In this document: piece after piece, positions 27,363 to 37,800 of the stretch
How the letters are laid out: every line of letters starts with the position of its first letter
Numbering within the stretch: position 1 is the first letter of the stretch
DNA from: a virus
Taxonomy: Duplodnaviria > Caudoviricetes
Length of the DNA stretch: 43,906 nt
Direction: 5' to 3' (one strand)
Virus record (IMG/VR): IMGVR_UViG_3300043443_000097
Coordinates: 1-43,906 of that record
Notes under the pieces: generated by a model
Told to the model about the DNA's origin: nothing
Databases searched by the model: none
What the model saw: the letters and a program-made list of their open reading frames with translations, nothing else
Made by a program: the position numbers and the translations under genes

Positions 27363-27853
27363 TTGATCCTATTAGCGCATTAAATGGCTTGCAGAATGCC
27401 ATCTCGATGGTTAAGAAGGCCAGTAAAGTTGCCAATGATTTAGGCGGTCTTGCCCCAATGATCGGCAAGATGTTTGATGCTAAGAGTGCTGCTACGAAAG
27501 CAATGCTTGAAGCAAAGCGTGAAAAGCGTGGTTCAAACATGGGCGCTGCTCTACAGATTGAAATGGCACTAGAGCAAGCTAGAGCGTTTGAAGAAGAACT
27601 AAAGATGTTGTTCATGCAGACAGGCAAGATTGATGTCTGGAACAAGATTAAAGAGCGTCAAGCCGAGATGGATAGAGATGATGCCAAAGAGATTGCTGCC
27701 TTAAAAGCTGCTGAGAAGAAAGCCAAAGAAAAAGAAGAAGAGATGCAAGAGTGGGCAATCATCATTGGTGGCGTTGCTTTTGTAATCCTTTTGGTGTTTA
27801 TAGGCATCAATGAATTAACAAGCCTGTGTCCTAAAGGTGGGTGTGGAAGATGA
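27359..27853 (+). CDS. Membrane-anchored helical protein (MIDPISAL...)
   Basis: 164 aa with a C-terminal TM helix. Confidence 0.8.
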   Translation: MIDPISALNGLQNAISMVKKASKVANDLGGLAPMIGKMFDAKSAATKAMLEAKREKRGSNMGAALQIEMALEQARAFEEELKMLFMQTGKIDVWNKIKERQAEMDRDDAKEIAALKAAEKKAKEKEEEMQEWAIIIGGVAFVILLVFIGINELTSLCPKGGCGR

Positions 27854-27939
27854 CATACTTTGATGTATTGCTTTGGTCTGCTGTTCCCTTAAACTATTTT
27901 TTCTGGATAGTTGTCTATCCATATTTAAGCAATGAATGA
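27850..27939 (+). CDS. 29-aa hydrophobic peptide
   Basis: Manual translation MTYFDVLLWSAVPLNYFFWIVVYPYLSNE; ATGA-coupled. Confidence 0.45.
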   Translation: MTYFDVLLWSAVPLNYFFWIVVYPYLSNE

Positions 27940-28081
27940 GTACCAGAAACAATTCGATATGTTTCTAAAGGTGTTCATTTATGGATGTGTTGCTTGGTGG
28001 TTTCTAGGTTTCTTAAAGTTCTTGCCTGATGATTTATCAAACAAGATTGTGGCACTTTTATTGGGGAAGATTGGGTTATGA
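27932..28081 (+). CDS. 49-aa membrane protein (MNEYQKQFD...FLKFLPDDLSNKIV)
   Basis: Manual translation; TM helix; coupled to the next ORF. Confidence 0.6.
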   Translation: MNEYQKQFDMFLKVFIYGCVAWWFLGFLKFLPDDLSNKIVALLLGKIGL

Positions 28082-28239
28082 AAGTAACACCTTATCAACA
28101 CAATGCAAACATGTTGAGAGAATACCAGAGAGTGATTCATCAACAAAACTTGAAAGAACTAGAGAAGCTGAACCGCCAACAACAAGAGGTGCTGAAAGCT
28201 CAGTGGATTAAAAACGGACATGTGGATGTAATGGTATGA
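28078..28239 (+). CDS. 53-aa hypothetical protein (MKVTPYQ...HVDVMV)
   Basis: Manual translation; ATGA overlaps at both ends. Confidence 0.6.
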   Translation: MKVTPYQHNANMLREYQRVIHQQNLKELEKLNRQQQEVLKAQWIKNGHVDVMV

Positions 28240-28466
28240 GATATTTATTATTGTTATTGCTGCTCACTGGTTGTGAAGATAAGTACAGATATTTCTGTCA
28301 GAACCCAGACAACTTCCATGCTGAGCAATGTCAGAAACCTAGATGTCAATTCACACAGACATGCCCTGAGTATTTAGTAGCACCTATATTGGAGAAACAA
28401 ATTGAGAGAACTGCTGATAAAAATGCTGACACCAAACCCTCAACCCAAACCAAAGCTAACCCCTGA
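28236..28466 (+). CDS. Lipoprotein with four additional Cys
   Basis: Lipobox LTGC followed by YRYFCQNP...CQKPRC...TCPEYL. Confidence 0.75.
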   Translation: MRYLLLLLLLTGCEDKYRYFCQNPDNFHAEQCQKPRCQFTQTCPEYLVAPILEKQIERTADKNADTKPSTQTKANP

Positions 28467-28956
28467 AGAGATTGAAGTAAGGATCTGGGGTTTTGTAGTG
28501 GTGGCTATTACAGTCATCTTGTTTGGTATTGTGTTTGCCCTGCTCTACTCTGTCACCTTTGTGACTCAACCTATCAAGAGTATGGCTCCAATTGACCAAG
28601 CCTACACCAAGATGCTTAATGATATAGTATTACTTATCGTTGGTGGCATCGGTGGTATTGTAGGTAAGAGGGCTGTTAACTCAGCACAGAATGCTTTTAA
28701 ACCACCACAGCCTCCTATGATGCAGCAGCCCTGCGTTGGTAGCTATGGTGGTGGGATGATGGTTAATAGCAGCTATGCTCCTCCTCAGTCTGCCTATGGC
28801 CTACCTTCACAGCCTTTCGGTGCTATGCCTGTATGGAAGAACCCAGAGCTGGATGAGAGCTGGACACCCGGTCCTCCACCAACAACACCTCCAGAACACA
28901 TGGAGCCTGATGAGGATAGGGAAGAGATAGCAGCAGCTAGAAAAGAGGTAGAGTGA
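28402..28956 (+). CDS. Two-TM membrane protein (holin candidate)
   Basis: Two hydrophobic helices and a Pro-rich tail; upstream of spanin and endolysin. Confidence 0.65.
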   Translation: MRELLIKMLTPNPQPKPKLTPEEIEVRIWGFVVVAITVILFGIVFALLYSVTFVTQPIKSMAPIDQAYTKMLNDIVLLIVGGIGGIVGKRAVNSAQNAFKPPQPPMMQQPCVGSYGGGMMVNSSYAPPQSAYGLPSQPFGAMPVWKNPELDESWTPGPPPTTPPEHMEPDEDREEIAAARKEVE

Positions 28957-29426
28957 TGTTTCCTATTCCTCTTCCTTGGTTAATCATTAGTGCAATAGTT
29001 GCACTGTTTGGTACATATCAAGTTGGTCATCACTATGGCTGGCTTGAGCGTGACGAAGAGATGCAGATAGAGATTGCTAAGAAGAATGAAGAAGCTCGTG
29101 AGCTAGAGAAGAACATGGCTCAGAAGCTTATTGATAAAGAAACAGCTTTGAGAAAGGCCCAAAATGAAATATCTAAGAAACAGTCTGCTATGCGTGAGCT
29201 TGCTAACACTGGCAGGTTGCGCCTCCCCACCGCCAGTTGTGTACAAGCCAGCCCAAGTGCCGCCCCTGCCACAGGAGATAGCAGAGACGAGCCAAGCGAA
29301 CTTGAGCGACAGACTATTGCAACTCTTATCGACCTCGTTGCCGAAGGAGACAAAGCTATCGTCAAGCACAGCGCCTGTGTCGCAGCCTACAACGAAATGA
29401 GGGAATTGGTAAATGGTAACAAGTGA
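28953..29426 (+). CDS. i-spanin (Rz-like)
   Basis: N-terminal TM, coiled coil, G.LRL and C-terminal AC...Y. Confidence 0.8.
   Translation: MMFPIPLPWLIISAIVALFGTYQVGHHYGWLERDEEMQIEIAKKNEEARELEKNMAQKLIDKETALRKAQNEISKKQSAMRELANTGRLRLPTASCVQASPSAAPATGDSRDEPSELERQTIATLIDLVAEGDKAIVKHSACVAAYNEMRELVNGNK
29164..29400 (+). CDS. o-spanin (Rz1-like), embedded in the +1 frame
   Basis: Lipobox LAGC and Pro-rich mature part, wholly inside the i-spanin gene. Confidence 0.75.
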   Translation: MKYLRNSLLCVSLLTLAGCASPPPVVYKPAQVPPLPQEIAETSQANLSDRLLQLLSTSLPKETKLSSSTAPVSQPTTK

Positions 29427-30027
29427 ACAACTAAGACAGCTACACATTGATCCATCACTAGCTGATGCATTCAATGAAACCTTTGAGAGATTTGGTATTG
29501 TTACGCCAGCACAACAAGCTAGTTGGATTGGTCAGTGTGGACATGAGTGTGGTAATTTTCGCATTATGGAAGAGAACCTGAACTATCGTGCAGCTACCCT
29601 GCTTAAGCTATTTCCTCAGACACCAAAGCGTCAATGGGGCTTTACCCCTGAGAGTGCAGCAGCCTACGAGAAGCAGCCACAGAAGATTGCCAATAGGATT
29701 TACGGCAATCGTATGGGCAACAGGGATGAGTCTAGTGGGGATGGTTGGCGGTTCCGGGGATCCGGATTTCTCCAGCTAACTGGTCATAGCAACTTCTATC
29801 ACGCAGGTAAAGCATTGGGTGTAGATTTTGTTATGCAGCCAGAGCTTGTCCGTACTCCTCGCTATGCGGCACAAACTGCTGGCTGGTTCTGGCAGACCCA
29901 TAAGCTCAACCAGTATGCTGATAGCGGTGATATTCTCACAATGACAAAGCGTATCAATGGTGGTACTATTGGTCTAGAAGATCGTAAGAAGCATATTACA
30001 CATGCCTTACATGTATTGGGTGGTTGA
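29413..30027 (+). CDS. Endolysin, glycoside hydrolase family 19
   Basis: HECGNF..EENLNY, RG.G.LQLTG and INGG..GLEDR motifs. Confidence 0.9.
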   Translation: MVTSEQLRQLHIDPSLADAFNETFERFGIVTPAQQASWIGQCGHECGNFRIMEENLNYRAATLLKLFPQTPKRQWGFTPESAAAYEKQPQKIANRIYGNRMGNRDESSGDGWRFRGSGFLQLTGHSNFYHAGKALGVDFVMQPELVRTPRYAAQTAGWFWQTHKLNQYADSGDILTMTKRINGGTIGLEDRKKHITHALHVLGG

Positions 30028-30052
30028 CTAAACTATCCAATTGTGGTATGAC
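30024..30052 (+). promoter_or_regulatory. Putative promoter for the internal-protein module
   Basis: TTGACT-N17-TATGAC, preceded by GG as in the other GGTATAAC promoters. Confidence 0.4.
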
Positions 30053-30062
30053 AAGGTATATA

Positions 30063-30371
30063 ATGTTACCAACTTCTCTAAGTATTATCGGAAGAGGAGT
30101 ACCTGTAAAGGTTGTGGATGAATTGCCTAATCAGTTAGGTGAGTTTGATTACAATGATTATGTAATTAAAATTAAGTCTGGTCAGCACCCCTTAGCGGAA
30201 GCAGATACATTGTTACATGAATGTATTCACGCTATAGACGACTGCTTCCAATTAAATATGTCAGAGAGACAGGTGTATTGTTTAGCTGTAGGAGTGATAG
30301 CACTACTTAGAGATAACAAAACAATGCTGCCTTATCTGGCTGAAGCAATAGAGAAACCAAGAAACATATGA
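30063..30371 (+). CDS. Small zincin-like HExxH metalloprotein
   Basis: DTLLHECIHAI with a downstream Glu; start reassigned to the ATG at 30063. Confidence 0.75.
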   Translation: MLPTSLSIIGRGVPVKVVDELPNQLGEFDYNDYVIKIKSGQHPLAEADTLLHECIHAIDDCFQLNMSERQVYCLAVGVIALLRDNKTMLPYLAEAIEKPRNI

Positions 30372-32743
30372 AAGATTTTACATCACAACAAAGAGAAGTT
30401 GTAGCCAGAAAGCTTGGCTATGACGGTCCTATGCAGGGCTTCGATGAGTTCCTATCATCGTCTCCTCCGTTGGCTATGAAGTATGCAACCATCACTGGTA
30501 AGTTTGCTGAGCGTATGGCTAAGGGTGGCTTGGTTAAGATGAAGCGTAAGTATCGTGTAGGTGGTCTTACCTATGAGACTAATGTAGAAGATGGTGGTAC
30601 TGATACCATTGATAGATCTACAAGTAATAATACTAACACCAACACTGGTGGTACTAACACCAATACCAACACCAACACTGGTGGCACTAATACTAACACC
30701 AACACTGGTGGTACTACTAGTAACATTGTTATTCCTTCAGACTTAAGGACAGCGGAACAAAAAGCTGACTTCTATAATTCTCAAATTGCTGCTGGTAGAA
30801 CAGAGGCAGAGATTAGAGCTGCTGCTGGTACACAATCTGATGCTGATTGGAATTATCTAACAAGCCTTGCAGCGAGTAGACCAAAGACAACTAGTGCTGG
30901 TGGCATCACTGTATCAGCAGATGTTAAGTCAGGTACTCCTGCTCAGAAAGCTTCTTTCTATAATAACTTGCTTAGAGAAGGCAAGACAGACGCAGAAATT
31001 AGAGCTGCTTCAGGTGTACAAACAGAAGCAGACTGGCAAGCCCTACAAGAAATTGCTCGTCAACAAAGAGAAACTACTGGTGCTGTAACTGGCGGTGGTG
31101 ATGTAACCTTCACTGATGTTGGTGGTAAGCCACAAGCAGGTGAAGCTACTCAAGTAACTGCTCAGAGGATTGCTACTAACGAAGCACAGAACATTGACAC
31201 AGCAGCCAGAGCTGATGAGACAGCTAATGTTGTTACACCTGCTGCTGCTATTCAAGCGTCTACTGCTACTACACCTACAGCAGCTCAAGTTTCTACATAC
31301 GGTGCAGAACAAACTGCTGGTGATGTAGCCACCTTGTTAAGAGGTGTTAATGCAGCTACAGGTACTGTTGGTGCAGAAAGCCAAGTAGCTGCTCAGACAA
31401 TGGCTCCAACTTCTACAGCAGTAGCTGGTTTAGAAGCTGCTCAAGGTCAAGCAACTAAAGTTGAAGGTGCTCCTACTAGAGTGATGGGTGAAGGAGAAAC
31501 TATCTCCTCTGCTGTTGACATGGCTAAAGCTGCTGAGACTGTAGCAGCCACACAACAAGCTGCTGCTCAAGGACAAGTAACAGAAGAGATGACTGTTCAG
31601 GGTCAGTTGAATAAACTGATGGCAAACTTTGATGCAGGTAATCCACCACCTTGGGCTGCTGCAAATCTCCGTGGTGTTACTGCTGTACTTGCTGCTAGAG
31701 GTCTAGGTGCTTCTAGCTTAGCTGGTCAGGCTTTGATTCAAGCAACACTAGAAGCTGCTCTTCCTATTGCCTCTGCTGATGCACAAGCCTATCAAGCTGT
31801 AGCTTCACAGAATCTTTCTAACAGACAGCAAACTGCTGTGCTTGCTGCACAACAACGTGCTGCCTTCTTAGGTCAAGAGTTTGACCAAGCTTTCCAGTCT
31901 AGAGTTACTAACGCTGCTCGTGTTGCTGATGTTGCTAACATGAACTTCACTGCTCAGCAGCAGATTGCTCTTGAGAATGCTCGTTTAGCACAGACAATGG
32001 ATCTGGCTAACATGAGTAATGATCAAGCTTTGGTGATGGCTAATGCTGCACAGATTGCTTCATTAGAAACTACCAACTTAAACAATAGACAGCAAGCCGC
32101 TGTTGTTAATGCTCAAGCATTCCTGCAAATGGATATGCAGAATCTGAGCAACCAGCAACAGACAACATTGTTCAAGACACAGCAAATGACACAGGCTTTG
32201 TTGACAGACGCTGCTTCTGTTAATGCTTCTAGACAATTTAATGCTGCTAGTACAAATCAAGTTGATCAGTTTAACAACACATTGGCTACACAAGTTAGTC
32301 AATTCAATGCTTCACAGAAGAACGCCATTGCTCAGTTTAATGTAGACCAAGAGAATGCTCTGAAGAAGTTTAATGCTGAGGCACAGAACCAGCGTGAAGT
32401 GTTTAATGCACAACAACGATTGGTTATTGACCAAGCTAATGCTCAGTGGCAGAGAGAAATCTCTACAGCTAACACAGCAGCTACCAATGCTGCTAACATG
32501 ATGAATGCTCAATTGTCACAACAAATGACATTGACAGAATATAATAATGAGATACAGCTCTATCGTGACAGTGTGACACATGCTTGGCAGTCTGCTGAGA
32601 ATGATGCTAACAGAGCAACCACTCTTGCTGCTTCAGAGATTCAAGCTGCAGCAGCTATCACTGCACAAGAGATTAAATCTGATGGTGAATCATCCGCAGC
32701 CATCGGTGGATTTGTTGGACGAGTATTGTTAGGACTGCTATGA
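30368..32743 (+). CDS. Putative internal virion (ejection) protein
   Basis: 791 aa, A/Q/N-rich, QFNA repeats, hydrophobic Gly-rich C-terminus, N-terminal MAKGG. Confidence 0.7.
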   Translation: MKDFTSQQREVVARKLGYDGPMQGFDEFLSSSPPLAMKYATITGKFAERMAKGGLVKMKRKYRVGGLTYETNVEDGGTDTIDRSTSNNTNTNTGGTNTNTNTNTGGTNTNTNTGGTTSNIVIPSDLRTAEQKADFYNSQIAAGRTEAEIRAAAGTQSDADWNYLTSLAASRPKTTSAGGITVSADVKSGTPAQKASFYNNLLREGKTDAEIRAASGVQTEADWQALQEIARQQRETTGAVTGGGDVTFTDVGGKPQAGEATQVTAQRIATNEAQNIDTAARADETANVVTPAAAIQASTATTPTAAQVSTYGAEQTAGDVATLLRGVNAATGTVGAESQVAAQTMAPTSTAVAGLEAAQGQATKVEGAPTRVMGEGETISSAVDMAKAAETVAATQQAAAQGQVTEEMTVQGQLNKLMANFDAGNPPPWAAANLRGVTAVLAARGLGASSLAGQALIQATLEAALPIASADAQAYQAVASQNLSNRQQTAVLAAQQRAAFLGQEFDQAFQSRVTNAARVADVANMNFTAQQQIALENARLAQTMDLANMSNDQALVMANAAQIASLETTNLNNRQQAAVVNAQAFLQMDMQNLSNQQQTTLFKTQQMTQALLTDAASVNASRQFNAASTNQVDQFNNTLATQVSQFNASQKNAIAQFNVDQENALKKFNAEAQNQREVFNAQQRLVIDQANAQWQREISTANTAATNAANMMNAQLSQQMTLTEYNNEIQLYRDSVTHAWQSAENDANRATTLAASEIQAAAAITAQEIKSDGESSAAIGGFVGRVLLGLL

Positions 32744-32952
32744 AGAACTTTAAAAATTATTATGCTAAGGTAGATGGGATGGCTAATGCTAAGTTGGCTA
32801 AACCAAAGAAGGACACAGGTAAAGGATTGTTATCTAAAACCTCTTCTTCAGATTTGCCTGATACAGATTCAAAGGATGTGTTTGGTAAAGTATCAAGCTA
32901 CATTGCAGCAATTAGAAAACAAAAAGAGGAGTTGATGAATGGCAGATCTTAA
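32740..32952 (+). CDS. Small basic hypothetical protein
   Basis: 70 aa, coupled. Confidence 0.7.
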   Translation: MKNFKNYYAKVDGMANAKLAKPKKDTGKGLLSKTSSSDLPDTDSKDVFGKVSSYIAAIRKQKEELMNGRS

Positions 32953-33412
32953 TCCTTTCTTGACAGCGCCTATCCCCGGTATGTCTTTGACAGTGGAGCC
33001 GGGCAGTGTGCCTTGGGAGCAGCCTCCTCAATATGTCACCATAGATGAGGTGGCTTCTTTCTATTCAGAAAAGCTGGACAATCCAGAAGCCATCTTTGAA
33101 TTGATGAGTATCTTAGAAAGAGGTATTCCAATTCTTACTGTTGTTAACACTATGATTAAAACTTCAATCATGAAGGGCTATCACACTGTTGACACAGGAT
33201 TCTTAGTTACTCCAATCATTGTTGAAATTATTAAAACACTAGCAGAACTTAATGATGTTAAGTATAAAGTTTCTGCTGAAGATATAGCTAAGGAAAAGAG
33301 TGTTAGTCCAGCTATCATTAAACAATTGATTGCTGAAGCTAAACAAAAAGTAGAGAAGAGTCCTGAAGCTGTCGTAGAGCGTAAAGGTTTAATGGCTAAA
33401 GGAGTAGCATAA
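32939..33412 (+). CDS. Conserved virion-module protein (APIPGMSLT.EPG..PWEQPPQY)
   Basis: Motif typical of this podovirus group. Confidence 0.8.
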   Translation: MADLNPFLTAPIPGMSLTVEPGSVPWEQPPQYVTIDEVASFYSEKLDNPEAIFELMSILERGIPILTVVNTMIKTSIMKGYHTVDTGFLVTPIIVEIIKTLAELNDVKYKVSAEDIAKEKSVSPAIIKQLIAEAKQKVEKSPEAVVERKGLMAKGVA

Positions 33413-34824
33413 TGGGATTTAATCTAGGTGCTTTTATTGGTGGTGCTGCTAAAGGTGCAGCAGAGCTATTAGAAGAAAAAGAAAAAGAGAATGCTCTTCA
33501 AATTAAAGATAGCATTAAAAACATGTACCACAACTATGCTGAGTACAAGAAAGAAACAGAGAAGAAGAAAGAAGAGATGAGAGAAGTTGTTGGCTCTCTC
33601 CGTTCTTTCAAGTTTGCTGATGGTGTGTTAGATGAGAAAGAACTTGTTGCTCTTGCTTCTGATGTACCTACAGCTAAAGCTATTGCTGAAGAGTTGAAGA
33701 AGAACCCAGACAAGCTTGAAGGTTTGTCTAAGTCATTCATCAAAGCATCTAACAAAATCCCTGAAGGCATGACCTTCAATGACTATGTTGACCAGTATGG
33801 TAAGACAGCTCGTATTAATTCTGAGCAACTAGCTCAGGCTGTTGGCACTAGAGATGATGGTTTCTTGAATAAGATGGTGTATGGTAAGAATCTCCAGAAG
33901 GTTCAAGCTGCCGCTGCTAAGTATGGTGTTACAGCCGAAGAGCTTTATTCAGTAGGTGCTGGTAGAGATAGTAAGTCTTTACCTTCTCTGCTTGAAGTGG
34001 ATTATGCAAAGCTTAAAGAAAGACCAGACTTTAAGAAGATTGAATCTGATGCACAAGTTGCTATGTATAAAGCAAGACAAGAAGGCACAGAGGATGACAT
34101 AGCAAAAGCTGCTGCCAACTTGGGTCATATTGAATTTATTAAAGACAGAGGTAATAAGAAAGATAAGACACAAGCTCAGATTGAAGCCGATTACGCTAAT
34201 GAAGTTATTGCTCTTCAGAAAGCAGGTAAGCCTAAGGAAGCTGCTGCTAAAGAACTTGAGCTTCGTCAATGGCAGAAGCTTGTTGCTAATCCAGCTTTGT
34301 CTAATAAGACAGACGCTGATAAGATTTCTCAAGCCAACCTCATCACTGCTGCTTCTAGAACAATGGTGTCTACGATGTCTAACTACCTACCACCCGGTAG
34401 CTTTATTACAACAGCTAACCCAGATGGTACAACTAACATTGAGGTTAAAGACTTGGCTTCCTCTGACAAGGCAGCTAAGGGCTACTTTGCTGGTAGAGAA
34501 GTGCTGATCAAAGAGATGACTACTGAAGGTAAGCCTAAGTCTGAGATGCACAAGAATGCTTTGCTCTCTGCTGGTGTTCAGTTTGACCAAGACGGTAGGG
34601 CTGTCAATCCTAAGATTCAGTATGGTGGTGAAGCAGCTCCAGCAGGTACACCACAGACACCTAAGCCTAGAGGTGGTCCTATGGCTAAGCCAGCCTCTGT
34701 TGCACCAAGTGCTTCTATTGATAAAGCAACAGCTAGAGCACAAGCTACAGCAGCTATAGAGGCTGGTGCAAAAGCTGTGGATGTAGCTAAACGATTTAAA
34801 GAAACATATGGTGAGGATCTCTAA
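33412..34824 (+). CDS. Putative internal virion protein
   Basis: 470 aa; N-terminal GF.LGAFIGG followed by helical sequence. Confidence 0.7.
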   Translation: MGFNLGAFIGGAAKGAAELLEEKEKENALQIKDSIKNMYHNYAEYKKETEKKKEEMREVVGSLRSFKFADGVLDEKELVALASDVPTAKAIAEELKKNPDKLEGLSKSFIKASNKIPEGMTFNDYVDQYGKTARINSEQLAQAVGTRDDGFLNKMVYGKNLQKVQAAAAKYGVTAEELYSVGAGRDSKSLPSLLEVDYAKLKERPDFKKIESDAQVAMYKARQEGTEDDIAKAAANLGHIEFIKDRGNKKDKTQAQIEADYANEVIALQKAGKPKEAAAKELELRQWQKLVANPALSNKTDADKISQANLITAASRTMVSTMSNYLPPGSFITTANPDGTTNIEVKDLASSDKAAKGYFAGREVLIKEMTTEGKPKSEMHKNALLSAGVQFDQDGRAVNPKIQYGGEAAPAGTPQTPKPRGGPMAKPASVAPSASIDKATARAQATAAIEAGAKAVDVAKRFKETYGEDL

Positions 34825-37800
34825 ATGGGAATGTTTGATGACTTGATCCCCACTAAAACTAGTGGTGGGATGTTTGATGATTTGATACCAGCAAAACCTA
34901 CGCCTCAGCAAATCGAGGCTACGGCTGCTCAGTCTCTGCCTACAGAAGCTGAGCTTAAGGCTGCAGAGAAACCTGCCATTATCACCAAAGCTCCTATGCC
35001 TAGCAAGGCTAAGATTGAGGAAGCAACAAAGAAGGAACTTGAGTCTAAGATTCCTTTTGATCAGCTATATAAAAATAAAGAACTGTTCGGTGTTATTAAA
35101 GATTACATGAAAATCAATCGTAACATTGAACAAGGTGAAAAAGAAACAGACGAAGACTTTGCTAAGAAGTTTATGGCAACAATGAGAGAGGTTGAGTTCA
35201 ACACTTTCCTTGGAGCACTCCCTGAACTTAATAAGATGAAGAATGCCAAACCTGAAGACAGGGAAAAAATGGCATTGGGTAGAGAACTCTACTCACAAAC
35301 TAGAAGCGTATTCCAGCCCGGTGGTCAAGAAGGTTTTGGTCCTTACTATGATGCAATAAAAGCTATTGCAACAGATCCATTAACCTATGTGGGCTTAGGT
35401 ACAGGTAAGCTTGGTAGTCAAGCTGTCAAAGTTACAGCGGCTAAAGAAGCTGCACAGCTTGCTGCTGGCGCTGCTCCTAAGGGTAAGATTGCTGCTATGT
35501 TGACACCAACACAAGGCAAAGTAACTACTGGTGTTGTTGGTCTTGAAGCTTCTTCAGGTGCAGGACAAAGCATTGTTAGTCAACGCTTAGAACAAGAAAA
35601 GAAAAAAGCTTTAGGTGAACAACCAGAAGACCTTAGCGCACCACAGATTATCTTAGGTGCTGTGCTAAGCGGTGGTGGTGGTTACTTAGAAGCCAGAGGT
35701 GCTGCTGCTCAGCTTGGTAAATCTGGTAAAGAACAACTTGCTGATAAGCTTAGAAAATCTAAAGAGAAAACACCAACAGATCCTAATGCTCCACCTACAA
35801 AGACAGAGACAGCTTTGTTATCTCCTGTCGATGAGAACATGGACATGCTTGCTGAAGAGTTCATGAAGCAAGAAGGTGCTAAGGTGTTAGATCAAATCTC
35901 TCCTGCTGCTGCTTTGGTAGAGCCAGCTATTCGTAGAGACTTGTCACAGAGAGCTATCCGTGTGGCAATGAACATCATTGAGAACGATCCTACATACAAG
36001 GTTAAAGCAGGACAGAAGACCAGTACAGCCATTGCTGAGGTGTTCTCTGCTATGGATCAAGGACTCATTGATGACACCTTGTTAGAGCAAGCCATTAGAA
36101 AAGAAGGACTGAGTCCTGAACAGTTTGCTCAAGCTAACAGAGTGACAGTTACACAGGCTGCTCAAATCATGCAGCAATATTCTACAGCTTCTAAAGCTTT
36201 GAATCGTCTGCGTCAAATCGATCCAGATGTTGCTAAGCAAGTGGATGCTCTGTACAGTAAGCCTGATGAATATACCTCTTCTCTTGGCTACTTAGGTGGT
36301 GCATTTAATCGAGTTGAGAGAGAAAGTAAAGCCTTGATTGTCAGTGGCATTGGAACCACTGTCCGTAACATCATGGGTTCTGGTATTGGTCTGACATTCA
36401 ATTCAGCAGCTTCTGTTCTTGAAGGTGCTTTGATGACTGTCGGTAAGACACTGTCACCAGAAGCTAAGGGTGCTAGGTTTAGTACACTTAAGACAAGCAT
36501 TGGTGACACCATTGAGAATGCCTTTGGTGCTTGGGGATACTTAGCTAAAAATGGTTTAGCCTCTGAAGTGACAGATGAGCTACTCAAACACAATCCCTCC
36601 ATTAGAAGTAACATCCTCTCTGCTATGCAAGAGAGCGATACAGACTTGTCTAAGTTTGCTCGTGTGGTTAACTCTTTGAACGTAGCACAGGATGCTTTCT
36701 TTAGGAAGGCCATCTTTGCTAACGCAGTGGAGAAGAAGCTTAAGGGTGTAGGCTTAGACATGTATCAGCTTATTGCTGATGGTAAAGTTATTCCTGCTGA
36801 CATTCTTAAAGAAGCAGCAGATGATACTTTGAAGGCTACCTTCTCTTACACACCTAAGGTGCAGAAGGGTGGCATCAAAACCCTAGAGGCTGGCGCTGAG
36901 GCAATGGGTAACTACTTTGTTAAAGCAGCAGAGTTTCCCGGTGGTAGCTTGTTTGTTACCTTCCCCCGCTTCATGACCAATGCCATTGCATTCCAATATC
37001 GTTATAGCCCATTGGGTGGTATTGCTGGTGCAGAGGACATCCTTAGAGGTTCTAAGATGTTAGCCAGTGGTGATGAGGCAGGTGCTGGCCTCATTAGAAA
37101 AGGTCAAGAGAACACAGCCAAAGGTATTGTAGGTACAGCAGCTTTGCTTGCTGCCATCGACTATCGTGAAAACAATCAAGATGTTGAATGGGGCATGTGG
37201 AAAAGAGATGATGGTACTACAGTGGATGTTCGTGGTGTTTTCCCACTTGGTCCTTTGTTGGCTATGGCTGATGTAGCAGTGAAGCATAACCGTGGACTTC
37301 CTGCAAAGACTGGTGATGCCTTTGAAGCTATCATTGGTATGAAGATGCCATCAGGCACACAGAACCAATTTATGGATCAGCTTATCTCTGCTCTCTCTTC
37401 TGAAAGAGATGTAGAGAAGTGGGCTGATAAGATGGGTAAAGTTGCTGGTGACTTCGGTGCTAGGTTTGTCTCACCATTCGTTGTCAAAGACATCTTTAAC
37501 TTGGTTGATTTAGTTCGTGAGGGTGGCTCTGTTGCTAGAGATCCTAATGTAATTACAGCAGAGAAGCCAGCAGACAGAGTATTAGAAGCAGCTAAGAATA
37601 GAATTCAGGCTAAGCTTCCTGTTCTTAAAGAAGAACTACCTGAGGCTGTTCCTCGTGTAAGACAAGGACCAGTTTATAAAGAAGGTGAATTCTTTAACAA
37701 CTTAGTTGGTATTCGTGTCACACCTGAGAAGACACCAGAAGAAACTGAACTGGTCTATCTTGGTATTGATCCATATAAATTGTTTGGTCAATCGTCAGGT

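Noticed and set aside
28029-28211. 60-aa track ORF
   Set aside because: Two alternative-frame ORFs (27932..28081 and 28078..28239) tile the region with ATGA coupling.
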